A DNA stretch of 39,919 nucleotides from Conidiobolus incongruus B7586 (lineage: Eukaryota). The stretch covers positions 1 to 39,919 of the forward strand of contig JNEM01012169.1 of the NCBI GenBank assembly GCA_000697335.1, written 5' to 3'. Positions 1 to 11,497 of the stretch are shown piece after piece. The notes under the pieces were generated by a model. That model worked only from the letters and a program-made list of their open reading frames with translations. It was not told the DNA's origin and ran no database searches. The translations under genes were made by a program, and so were the position numbers. The number at the start of each line of letters is the position of its first letter. Within the stretch, counting starts at the first letter, position 1.

Positions 1-221
1 TTTAATTAAAATTTATATTTTGGTTAATTAATAAAAAAATTATTATATTAATTATAATAATTTAATCTAATAATCTTTTTTATAAGGAATATATTATAAA
101 GCTAAGTTTAGCTATAATATTTATACTTTTATTAATAAAATAAGCTTGAACATAAAAAAATAAGATATATTATTAATAAAGAGATATTTTGATACCTATC
201 TAATTAAATTAAAAAACTTAC

Positions 222-240
222 TATATATATATATATATAT
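222..240. repeat. (TA)n microsatellite
   Basis: Uninterrupted TA dinucleotide run of about 9 units. Confidence 0.85.
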
Positions 241-548
241 TATTTTATTAATACTTGCAAAATGAAATATAAATCTTTATCTTACAAATTTTGGTTAATT
301 TTAGATAGTTTATGGTTTAAGCTTAAAATTGAAAACCAAGTAATAAATGTTGCTTTTAAATATTATTTATATTAATTGCTTGTAAATTTTTAAAATATTA
401 AAATAAAACACTTATAATAATCTTTATATGATATGGGCATGATTAAATATGATATTAAATTTATTAATACAAGTTGAAACTATAAATCCTCTAAATTATT
501 TTATATAAAATCTAATATCTAAAACTATTAATATTGTTGTTAAATAAA

Positions 549-854
549 TGGTAACCCGCCTGGCCAACTTCATCTCGCGATCTATTACCTTATAGAGTCT
601 TAGCCCCAAAAGGCTTATCACACCACTTCAAGATCTCATTCTTCTACAAACCCAATACAATTCTTTACGCTATCTACAGCCGACATTTAGTCTATAAAAG
701 GTACATTATCATCATCACCTCCGATCTTCTGCGAATCCCATTAAACCCTTATCAAACCTCAATAAAACACCCTAACCTAAACTACCAAACAGGTCGTAAA
801 CAAGCTGTTTCCTTATCTATCATTAACATTCTACTAGCAATCAATAGAACCACA
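549..854 (+). mobile_element. Candidate solo LTR (GC-richer island in AT-rich DNA)
   Basis: ~300-bp C-rich segment with sharp boundaries. It starts TGGT (549) and ends ACCA(CA) (852/854), with TATAAAAG at 693-700 followed by AATAAA at 761-766 (U3-R-U5 order). No ORF; no clean target-site duplication seen. Confidence 0.35.
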
Positions 855-2347
855 ATATGTTAAAAAGATTTGAAATTAAAAAAATTAATAATCTTTTAAT
901 TAATAATTTTATCATTTATTTTAAAAATTGTGATTGAATTTTCTTAATATTATAATCAGGATGATTCTTGAATTTATAATGTGTAGATTATATTCTAAGG
1001 ACAAATTTTTTTGATTTTTAATACGATGCTTCATAAATTAACTTTAAATTTATTTAAATCATCAAATATATAAATATTTTAAAAAAATCATTATAATATT
1101 ATATTGTCTAAATTGAATTAATGATATTTGAAATAATCAATTATAGTTTTTACTATGAATAAATATAATTTAAAAACAATAAGTTTGACATGGCAGAGTA
1201 TTGATTTGAATTTGAAGCAATTAATCACTTAAAAATTATTAGTATTAGTATTACAAATTAATATTTTACATCATTTTTATATTATAAATTACTAATATTT
1301 GATAAATTAGACTTTGATAAGTGTATTTAAAATTACAGTTACAATGATTTCAGTCAGCGACTTATTTTTACTATTCAAAAATAAAATGAAGACTAATTGA
1401 ATTATTTACTAATATTTCACCGAAATAACATGCTCACATAAAATTATATCTATAAAATAATTTTTTAAAAATGAAAAAAATTTATATATTAAAAAATTAA
1501 AAAATTAATTTAATTTTATTATAATTAAATTTAGTTTGATGTTAAATCACAAAATATCTCATAATTTAAATTATATTTAATCTTTATTTATAAAATGATG
1601 TAATATTATATTATATAATATATTAAATAATTTTAATTATTATTATTTCAATATTTCATATTTTTACTAATTATTATTTTTTAAATTATATTGAAATTTA
1701 ATTATACATTAAATTAATTAATTATGGGATTTTATTTTTGAGTGTATATTCACTGTCTCCTCAAATATCATACTTAACAAAATCCCTAAAGAGTATCTGA
1801 TTATAAAATTGAACCAGTAATTAATGTGGAACTCAATTTTTTACTAAATCAAAATAATTTGAAATAGTTGTTGAGTATGACAATCTTTAGCTAGATTAAA
1901 ATCTCCAATAAATATTCAATTATAGTGTGATTAATTCAATAATTGAATTAAATTGGGAACATTATTGATATATAATTTATAAATTAATAGATTTTAAATT
2001 TATCATAAAATTCATGACTAAGAGAATAACTTGGATTTAAGTGAAACTCAAAGGAAAAAGTGTGTTAAATAGTTAAATAAAATATAAAAGGATCACACCA
2101 TTGCATTTTTAATGGCGTTAAAATTAAAGAGGAGGATCTGAAGGAGGTAATTGATAATAAAGGTAAAACAAGTGTGAAAATAGGTTATATTGTTATTCAA
2201 AGATTTTTATTTACAAATATTAAAGTGGAGAAAAGAAGAAAAATAATGAGATATAAGTGAATTATTATTATTATTTTTAAATAGAGTTGATTTTAACTAA
2301 TTTTCATCTAGTCCCAAAAGTTTTAAAAATAACCGTTGAATTAGATT

Positions 2348-2617
2348 TTAGAATAATAAGCCGTATTTAATCTTCCTAATGAATCGTTTGAAAAATTTAC
2401 TTCTGAAAGAGCCGTTGGATTTACAGGTGAATTGTGAGTGAATAGATTTGCGATCACATGGAAATTGGCACTGCTCGCTCAAACTTGGTCTAGGCGTTGT
2501 TGGGGAGATATTATCGGGCACGATTCCCTTGCCAGCTGAGGTATCAATTGAACTGGGTATCGAGTTCTTTTTAGCGTGATAATGCTTTTTTACTTGCTGA
2601 TTCATTTGAGTTGGCAT
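2348..2617 (-). CDS. Small hypothetical protein (~89 aa, MPTQMNQQ...KRFIRKIKYGLLF)
   Basis: Open frame clearly more GC-rich than its flanks; first ATG at 2617. Upstream on the minus strand are a CT-rich tract (~2690-2710) and TGTATAAATA (2741-2750). No recognisable domain. Confidence 0.45.
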   Translation of the reverse strand: MPTQMNQQVKKHYHAKKNSIPSSIDTSAGKGIVPDNISPTTPRPSLSEQCQFPCDRKSIHSQFTCKSNGSFRSKFFKRFIRKIKYGLLF

Positions 2618-5600
2618 CGAATAACACAATTAAGATAGTATCAATTTAAATAGTATTTCAGTTAAAATTATATCAAAGTCATCAAGTTATGAAGAGAGAG
2701 AAAGAGAAATTGAATTGAGGGTATTTAATCCCAGGTGAGGTATTTATACATCCATTCAAAATAAATTAAGATAATCAAATATGGGTGAATAGCTTGATTT
2801 TTCCCAATTATTTCAAGATCCAATAGGCTTAAATTACCATAAAATTCAAGTCAGGTTAAACTAATATGAATCCATTTAAATTTTTATGTTTAACTAGATT
2901 TTAATTTAAATTTTCAAACTTAATTGAATATTGTGAGTATTACAACTTGTATTTATTTGAAAATATTGTATTGAGGTAGTAATATAATACACTTAGATTA
3001 TCAATATCCATCTGTATTAAATTTATTTATATTATGAAAATTATATATAATTCTCAGAATACAAAAATGTAGATATTAATTATTATTATAAAATATAAAT
3101 TAAAGCTCATTGAAACAAATGTATTTAGGTAGTTCAAAAAACAGATTATCAAACAAACCAAATAAAACAAAATATCCGTAACAATTAGAGCTAAATTGAT
3201 ATTTTATAAATATCATTTTTGTAATTTTAATATAAATTACGTTTAATTCATATTTTATGGACTTAATATAATTTTAAATGGTATTGAGTTTAATATGATA
3301 TTAAAATTAATGAATATTAATGGATATTTTTTAAAAAAGTATAATAATCTCAAAAGAGTGTAGTTTTTATCATTCGCAAGTTTTATTATTTATTACAAGC
3401 ACAATAATTGACAAATATTATCATTAAATAGTTTATACAGCTATATAAAACTATATATTAAACCGAATATTAATTTATTAATGGATAACTTGAAAAAAAT
3501 CAATTTGTTGACCATAAAAGGAAGGATCAATATTTAAAAAGGATTCAAATGTAATCAGAGTTTAGTTAAAGGGTCTAATATAACACTGCAATAAATTCAA
3601 TCTTAGTACAACCTGTCATTTAATTTAGTGTGCCAATTGGCAAAGTTTTGTAGCAAGTTTAACATATTACAATATCGTATCAATTTGGCTCACTGTATAT
3701 TCTTTTCTTGTTTCATCCATATCTAAAAACTTAATATAAACTGGATTGTTCATATCTCATCCACAAAGTTATTGGATATGAGTCATTTTATTATTGTCTT
3801 TTACAAAGATATTTGAAAAGATTAATTTGTCAAGTGTGTAATTCATGCAAAATTAATAATTCTATGTTCAAACTATCAATGAATGGTCAAAATTTAAACT
3901 GTCTATAATGTGTACATTATTCATTTATTTTAAATTATTATAGATGCAAATATTATCAATTGCAAGATATTTTCCACTTAACTAATATTCAACAAAATAA
4001 ACGTGTAGTATTAACCGCTATTTTAATCTAATTGTGATTATTCATTATTTTCATTAAAAGATTTAATGGGAAAATGTAATATTATCATGATTTTATAAAA
4101 CTAAATCGAATAATAATAATATTATTAATAACATGAATTTATTAAACAAATAAGTATAAAATCAAACAATTATTATTTAATTATTATTATAGATTATATT
4201 TATTGAGTTTATTTATTTCTATTTTTACAATTTGAATAATAATGATAATAGATTAAATTTCACTAATATTAATTTAATATCAATTTTCATTCTAATCTTA
4301 TCAAAAATTCACTTAAAAAATTAAATAAAACATTTACTTATATTAAATATATATAAATGAATAGATAGTTTGAGATAATTGAAAAATTTAACATAAAAAT
4401 AATTTATGAGTATTCAATATATATATACTTTGAGATTGTAATATTTAATAAATTTTTTATATATTGTTAATTAATTTTTATTTATTTTTTTTGTGTTTAA
4501 TATGAATTTATATAGTAAAATAAACTTTAAATGAAAGTCAGTTCAAATTAATATTTAACTTGAGACTAAACAATCTATTCATAATAATTAAAAATCTCAC
4601 ATATTCTTATATTATATTTTAATTTATTAATATTGTAAATATTAAATTTTACATTATTAGTAAATGAACTTCAGATTAAAGTAGATAATATTCGAAAATT
4701 AGAAGAGATTAAGTTGATTATTTCCTAGTTAAATTAGTTATATAATAGTATATATTTTAAATTAATATAAAACAAATATTAAATTTTTCAATTTAAAAGA
4801 TTAGTATTTTATCGCCATTATCTATTCTAATAAGATACACACTAAATGGTAAATGTATGCATCTTTTCAATTTAATGACACAATGGTCCAGAGTTTAACA
4901 TTATATTAATGTAAAAATAGCATGGAATGATATTATCTAATGCTTTTGTTCCTTTAAATTTTATGGTTTTGATCTCAATTATTGCATATAATTAATATGC
5001 ATGTTTAGGAGTTAAAAATATTGATTTTATAAATATGAATTAATTATTATATCTAAAAGTTCTTTTGATCGATTTAATATATCAATAAATAAAAGAATAT
5101 TTTATAGTTTAGTTATTTATTTTGGTATTAGCCTATTTTAGATCAAAATTTTTTGAATATATATATTGTAATCGATAAGAATTAATTAATAATTTGATTA
5201 TATAATTATTAAACTTATTATTAAATCTAATCACTGAATTATATAACTTTTGGATAATTATCAAGTTTTACTTTTCGATCTATATTATATAATATCTAAA
5301 TTTTTAAAACATTGATTTTTACCACAACTAACATATTAACAATTTTGACTAAATTTTTTTGATGAGAAAATTTATATTGAAGTATAAAAATTAGATGTAC
5401 AAGTTTTATGTTTTGCCGTAAGTTTCCTAATTTAAAAATGGGTACTCTATATGTGACTAGTAAAATTCAAGTACCTTTTTCTAAATTAATCATTTGGAAT
5501 TATAAATGATAACATTTATATCGATAAGTCAATAGTAACTGTATATTATTTCTTTTTAGTTGCCTACTGCATCATTTAGTACAACATCCTATATATAAAA

Positions 5601-5646
5601 TGTAAACTCATAACAAAAGTAATAGAGTAAATATCTACGAATTGAT

Positions 5647-6954
5647 TTATTTATCAAATTGAATTAATTTTTTGGCTCCTGATCCAAGTACTAAAGAATC
5701 TTTAATTTTGTTAAAAGCTTCCTGATTTCCTTCGCCCCATTGGATGATTTCGTAAGGTGGGAGCTGGAATTGTCCAGAGCTCATGAGCTTCAATAGTTCC
5801 TCCCACATAGATTGGCGATCTTCCAACTTAGCGCGTTCGCTCCATTCAGCCATCCAGTAGCCTGTAAAGTTAATCTGCTTGAAAATTAAGTTGGATGTTG
5901 CCAATGTCACAGGCTCTCTGGACATGCCTCCATATGTGACTAGATGACTCTTATTTCTAAAGAAAGGAAAGTGGAATTATTTGTATATGATAAAATATGA
6001 GCTGAGAGAATCTTACTCTAGTACTTTGGCCATATCATTAACCAATTTGCCACCTACACAATTGAATCCCAATCTGATGGAAGCATTCAAAGATTTAAGA
6101 TATTCTTGGAATTCAGAAGATCTGAACTCTTTATCAGTAACTACAATAGTAGCACCCAATTCTTTTAATTGTTCTTTGACTTTATTAATCCCTTCTCTAA
6201 TCTAATATTAAATTTGGAATATATATATTTATTATATAATGAATTTACCTTTCTCTCACGATGTTGAGAGTCTTAATACCCCAAATTCTACATAACTGGA
6301 TGACAGATTGACCAACGGCACTATTAGAACCATTTTGAATGATCCAATCACCTATTGAATTTATAAATACAATCAATCAATCAAACAGAATAAATAAGAA
6401 AATTGCACCTGGTTTCAAATTTGTAAAATCCTTAAGCATCCTATAAGCAGTACAAGGATTGACACTCAACATTCCAACCATAGGGGGTTCAATTCCCTCC
6501 ACTTTAGGAACTTTGACAAGCTGTTCCTCTCCAAAATTACCAATAGTTCGCCAAGTGCCGAGGCAAGATCGGTTTGGAATAACCCAATCTCCTACTTGAA
6601 ACTTTGATTTTAAGCTATCGCCCACTTGAATAACTTTAGCAACACCTTCGTTCCCACCAACAGCACCGTAAGTGTCGTTCAAAGTTGGACGCTTTGGATA
6701 TACGCCTTGAATCTGGTTCAAATCACTTGGGTTAATGGGAGCACATAAGAATTTTACTTGAATTTGATCTTTTGAGGGTTCATTAACTAATTCTTCAAAA
6801 ACACTGAATCAACATTTAACATCATAACATTATAAAAATACAATTTATATTACTTGACAACTTTTATAGGATTTCCCCATTGATTAAAATGAATTAATTG
6901 AGATTTTTTAGTTGAGTAAAAAGATTTAAAATTTAAATTAAATTTATATTTCAT
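5647..6954 (-). CDS. ETR1: Mitochondrial trans-2-enoyl-[ACP/CoA] reductase (MDR family, ETR1/MECR); exons 6954-6854, 6803-6409, 6351-6249, 6196-6017, 5956-5647
   Basis: Spliced translation gives APINPSDLNQIQGVYP, GGNEGV, GTWRT, VNPCTAYRML, IQNGSNSAVGQSVIQL, NCVGGK and LVTYGGMSREPV. The N-terminus is basic and lacks acidic residues, as expected for a mitochondrial presequence. All four introns are GT-AG and preserve the frame. Confidence 0.93.
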
Positions 6955-7588
6955 TATTATGAATATTTTTTTAAGCAATAAACGTCACACTTTTCAATTT
7001 TTTTAATTAAATTACCATGACCTATTTTTTTTATAATATTTTAAATAATTATGGGTCAAAGGTTAATTTGAAAATTATTTTAATAATTTTATAATTTAAT
7101 TTTCAAAAAATTTTTTTATAATAATATATATTTTTTTTGAATTTAATTTTAAGATAAATGAATCAAATAAATTATTTTATTTTTAATTAAAGATTAATTT
7201 TACTCATTATCAATTATAAATCAAATTATTTAATTTTTTTTTGCATTTTATATAAAATTATTAATTAAATTCTATTCAAGTTTATATTCATACTTAGATA
7301 AAGGTATTTATCCAATGATTATTAGTAACAACTAAAAAAATTGTTAAATAATTAAATTTTAAAAAATAATGAAATAAAGTGTTTAATTAAGGTATTAATT
7401 TTAAAAATTAATCAATTATGAAAGATAAAGAGACTAAAATTTGAAAAGAAATACTTAATTGGTCATGAAAATTAAAAATATGTGTAAAAAAGGGTTTGAT
7501 ATATGATAGAATGATAATGAATTAAAATAAAAAATATTGATGTATAAAATTAATAATATATTATAATTATTTAATTGGATGACATGGA

Positions 7589-7659
7589 GCAATGGTGGTT
7601 TAGTGGTATAATTACCGCCTGCCACGCGGTAGACCGGGGTTCGATTCCCCGCCATTGCA
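7589..7659 (+). tRNA. tRNA-Gly (anticodon GCC)
   Basis: Cloverleaf: acceptor GCAATGG/CCATTGC, anticodon stem ACCGC/GCGGT with loop CTGCCAC, T arm CGGGG-TTCGATT-CCCCG, discriminator A; 71 nt, no intron. Confidence 0.96.
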
Positions 7660-8390
7660 ATTCGTTCAAACAGAGCTTTCATATTTTTATCATATAGTAA
7701 TTTGTTTTTCCATTTCAAAAATTTTTAGACTATATGATTTTCAATATATTTTATAATTTTTAAACAATCGAATATCAATTTAGATAGTACTTAAAATTTA
7801 TATAATGATAAAATGTAAAATAAAAGTATAACAATAAAATTAAAATAGCTTAAGTAAATTACATTATCTCCTTTTTATATACAAAACTAATACTTTGAAA
7901 TAAAAAAAGCTGTTAAATTGATATTATCATTTTTTATGATTATATTATGATATATTTTTGCAATATTGAGTCATTTTTTTTTAAATTTTGTACAAAAACG
8001 ATAAAAAGGTTTAAAACATGTTTTAATAAAAAAATCTCTTACACTCTATTGGCCTGTATTTCTAATAATTATTAAAATTTAATTCATCCTATTCTTTGAA
8101 AAAAGTTCACAGTTGATTATAAGTATAAGATGTTAAAATTTTTAAAGATTTGTATTGAATTGATATTATAAATTGGTTTAGTTGACAAATAATTGAAGTA
8201 ATTTATAAAACAAATGTAAATCAGAATACAAATATTTATATCAAGATGATGATAAATTATTGTATTCAATTTGATATAATATAATATTAATATGGTAACA
8301 AAATATTGAGCATAGAATGCATTAGTAATTAATAGATTGAAAATTATCAAAAAAATCGTATCAATTAAACAAAACTTTAACTTTTACTAT

Positions 8391-8462
8391 AGCAGCGTAG
8401 CGCAGAGGAAGCGCGCGGGGCTCATAACCCCGAGGTCGGAGGATCGAAACCTCTCGCTGCTA
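8391..8462 (+). tRNA. Initiator tRNA-Met (anticodon CAT)
   Basis: Acceptor AGCAGCG/CGCTGCT with A1:U72, D stem GCGC/GCGC, anticodon stem CGGGG/CCCCG with loop CTCATAA, T loop ATCGAAA (A54, the eukaryotic initiator hallmark). A T5 Pol III terminator follows immediately. Confidence 0.96.
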
Positions 8463-8973
8463 ATTTTTGAACAAATATTTTATCATTTTAATTAAAATTT
8501 CATTTTATATTATCATAAATTATATATATTCCATAATATGATAATCTGAATTTTTTCTATTTTATCCAGTTAAATATTTTTTATTAATTACCTCAAGAGG
8601 TAATACAATGTAGATTAAAGGAATATCTTTGCTATTGTTATTTTAATTATCGAATGACTTAATTTGAATGGTTATTGAAAAAAAACTGAAAGATTTTTTT
8701 ATTTTTAATTCATTATTCTATCAAATTTACTCAATATTTTTACTTTGTGTTTAAGCTCTCTTCATTTTTAATATTTTAAAATATTCAATTTTTTTATTTA
8801 GTCAGTTATTGATAATATTATTTGGATATTGCTTGAGTGTGTTTAATTGAAACAATATTATATAATTTTTTTATTTAGATTTTGGGGTGATAATTAATTA
8901 GGTTCATTAAAATACTCATATCTCCGTAGCTTTGAATTTTGCCAACTTATTAACTATAAGAGAGAGTTGAAAA

Positions 8974-10938
8974 ATGTCTTCCGGAGTAGTAGTAACGAAC
9001 CACCCTTTATCGGAGTGTTGGGAGCCGCCATCCCCCAGCCAATCTCCGCCATTTTCCCCAAATTCTCCCAACTTGTATAAAAAAACTCAGCAATGGCTCA
9101 TTTCAGACAATCATAATGGCGTACCCCCGGTGCACTTTTTACAAGATGCCCTGTTGGAAGAGTTGATTGCAAATTGTACATTTGGTCAATTGGCAGCAAA
9201 ATTAAAACACTTATCTATGGAAATTCATCAGACTAAAACTTATTCACAGGGTAGTTGGGGTCAACGTATGCCATTTAACTCTCCACCACCAATATCTCGT
9301 CCTCGTTCCTTTGTAGGAACTAAGAAAAGGTCGTCATCTTTACAGCCGTCACCAAGTTCAAATCTTTTTGAACCCTACAAACCGAGGAGATTGTCAACTA
9401 TCCCTCAGCCTATACCTCAACCCCTCCACTTTCAGGCTATTTCGCTTGCTTCAGAATTATTAAGGAATCCAAATAGGATATCCAACCAATTAAATTCTAG
9501 TAGAGCTTCCCAAAGAATTTGTAGATGGACTCTCGGACTCATAAAGAGGGTTAATACCGAAGAGCCCGAGTTACCATTAGAGCTAACACCTCCTAAGTTC
9601 CCTAAGATGCACCTTGGAGGACTGTCTGAAGAGGTGGATCCTATGGTAGTGAGTGAAATGCTATCACCCAAAATCGAGGAAGAGAATAAGCTCGAATCGT
9701 TTGAGGATTTGGTGGAGCTGAAGCCCCTTTCTAAAAACGACCATACCCTCCTGAAAACGTGGTCAGACCAAGATGATAGTTTTTCCATTAATTTTTCTGA
9801 TAACACGCCAGATAATTCACCCGGCAGTCATACCAGTTCGGAAATTTCTAAAGAGTTCAACATTCCTGCAACTCCTTCCCTCATGCTGAGTACTTTGACA
9901 ACCACTCGCAATCCAATGTCACTCTGCGACAATCAGATGAATGTCAGCGAAGTTTTGAATTTGATTATCGATCATCAGGACGCTCGGTTGCGTCATCAAA
10001 AGGTTGTTGAACAAGATTGGGAGAGATTTATCAAGAGTCATTGCTCAAAATATAATTCTCAACAGATTTTGATCATGGACCGGCTTCAGGTAAATAAACT
10101 GAGTCCCAAAGATTTTGAAGAATTAGTACGTTTGGTGAAATTGGGTATTCCAGATAAATTCAGGAGTAAAATATGGTTTGAAATTAGCGGAGGCGCCCTA
10201 ATGAAAGAGATAGGATACTACCGCGGATTGTTGATCCATGCAGCCAGTGCAACTGATCAGGAATTGCCATTCGTCAAGCAAATCGAGCTCGACCTCTGTC
10301 GCACGATGCCCCAGAATACCTATTTCACTCAGAGTCCCAACTCGATTCACAAACTTCGGCGCATTTTAATTGCTTACAGTTTACATAACCCTTCAGTGGG
10401 ATATTGCCAAGGATTCAACATGATCTGTGCCCATCTTTTAATCAATATGGATTTTGACGAAGAGATCGTATTCTGGACATTTGCAAGTATGATAGAAAGA
10501 ATCCTTCCCAAAGATTATTTTACTGAACAGTTTTCCTCCAGCCAGGAGGATCAAATGATCCTTAGCGATCTCGTCGAACTCCATCTGCCCAAGCTCCACA
10601 GACATTTGACTAGTCTGGGCGTCGATCTTGGGGCGATCACTTTCAACTGGTTTCTCAGTCTGTTTACGGATTGTTTTACCTCCTCCAAAATCTTGAACCG
10701 GATTTGGGACGATTTCATGCTTGAGGGAGAAGTCGTTCTATTTCGCATCAGTCTCCATCTTCTGAAACTGGGCGAATCGGACCTCCTTAGCTTCAAGAAT
10801 TGCACGGGATGCTACAGCTTTCTTAAGAGCTTGCCCAGTCTCCTACACTTGGACGGTCTCGATCAAGCCATGGAAAATACCTGGGGACTTCCGCCAACCC
10901 AGTTGGATTCTCTAAGATTGAAGCGTTTTTCATCCTAG
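8974..10938 (+). CDS. TBC-domain Rab GTPase-activating protein (654 aa, intronless), with a long Ser/Pro-rich N-terminus
   Basis: GIPDKFRSKIW, arginine finger IELDLCRT (IxxDxxR), glutamine finger YCQGFN, NWFLSLF and RIWDDFMLEG motifs. Confidence 0.92.
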   Translation: MSSGVVVTNHPLSECWEPPSPSQSPPFSPNSPNLYKKTQQWLISDNHNGVPPVHFLQDALLEELIANCTFGQLAAKLKHLSMEIHQTKTYSQGSWGQRMPFNSPPPISRPRSFVGTKKRSSSLQPSPSSNLFEPYKPRRLSTIPQPIPQPLHFQAISLASELLRNPNRISNQLNSSRASQRICRWTLGLIKRVNTEEPELPLELTPPKFPKMHLGGLSEEVDPMVVSEMLSPKIEEENKLESFEDLVELKPLSKNDHTLLKTWSDQDDSFSINFSDNTPDNSPGSHTSSEISKEFNIPATPSLMLSTLTTTRNPMSLCDNQMNVSEVLNLIIDHQDARLRHQKVVEQDWERFIKSHCSKYNSQQILIMDRLQVNKLSPKDFEELVRLVKLGIPDKFRSKIWFEISGGALMKEIGYYRGLLIHAASATDQELPFVKQIELDLCRTMPQNTYFTQSPNSIHKLRRILIAYSLHNPSVGYCQGFNMICAHLLINMDFDEEIVFWTFASMIERILPKDYFTEQFSSSQEDQMILSDLVELHLPKLHRHLTSLGVDLGAITFNWFLSLFTDCFTSSKILNRIWDDFMLEGEVVLFRISLHLLKLGESDLLSFKNCTGCYSFLKSLPSLLHLDGLDQAMENTWGLPPTQLDSLRLKRFSS

Positions 10939-11497
10939 ATTGAATATTGGTTAAAATTTTGATAGTAATTTTTAAATGTTGCACCTCCAATTCACAATAC
11001 AATCAGCAATACCCAATTTGGTTGATTCATTAATTTTCCATCAATCATAACGAATTCTATGAACTCAATGGTTTAATGAATCCATCCCAATACCAAAATT
11101 TCCTTAATACTAACTCTAGTCCTTCCTCAATATGCTACTATTCATTAAAAATTTGTATTATTAGACTTATTAATATTTTCCACCATAATTTTTTGATTGA
11201 TAATAAATACTAAATGGATTTTAAAAATTTGAAATTTTGTTATTAAAATTGGATTATGACATTGATACTTTTTATTGGTTGAAATTTAGATTAAATTGCA
11301 TTTAATAAAAGTTGAATTCGATTTATTATTTAATCAGAGTCGATCATTACTTTCATTTCTTTGACATCATTTTGTTAACAAAATAATATTAATATTATAA
11401 GAATATACATAACATAGTAAAAATATTATATCAACATTCGATTTATAAAAATATTATTTATATTTTCTATAAATAATATTTCAGATTAATTTCGAAA

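Noticed and set aside
70..540. Short similarity of ~120-155 to the dispersed repeat (~27295-27335) and faint resemblance of one frame to a LINE endonuclease
   Set aside because: The match does not extend colinearly and is plausible by chance at this AT content; the endonuclease motifs need too many assumed reversions.
769..782. ACCCTAACCTAAAC resembling a TTAGGG telomere seed or telomerase-RNA template
   Set aside because: Only ~1.5 repeats in a C-rich context, and no pseudoknot or other telomerase RNA element could be identified by eye.
3480..3900. Slightly GC-richer patch with short minus-strand open frames
   Set aside because: Multiple stops and no recognisable motif.
7455..7718. 87-aa minus-strand ORF
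   Set aside because: Antisense to tRNA-Gly; the rest is AT-driven Ile/Asn/Phe composition.
8117..8350. 77-aa hydrophobic ORF (similarly 23767-23955 and 26342-26542)
   Set aside because: Same base composition as intergenic DNA and no motif; likely chance ORFs.
8587..8604. ATTACCTC-AA-GAGGTAAT palindrome (also TTGAACC-ATTC-GGTTCAA near 19054-19071)
   Set aside because: Isolated short hairpins of a size expected by chance in 40 kb.
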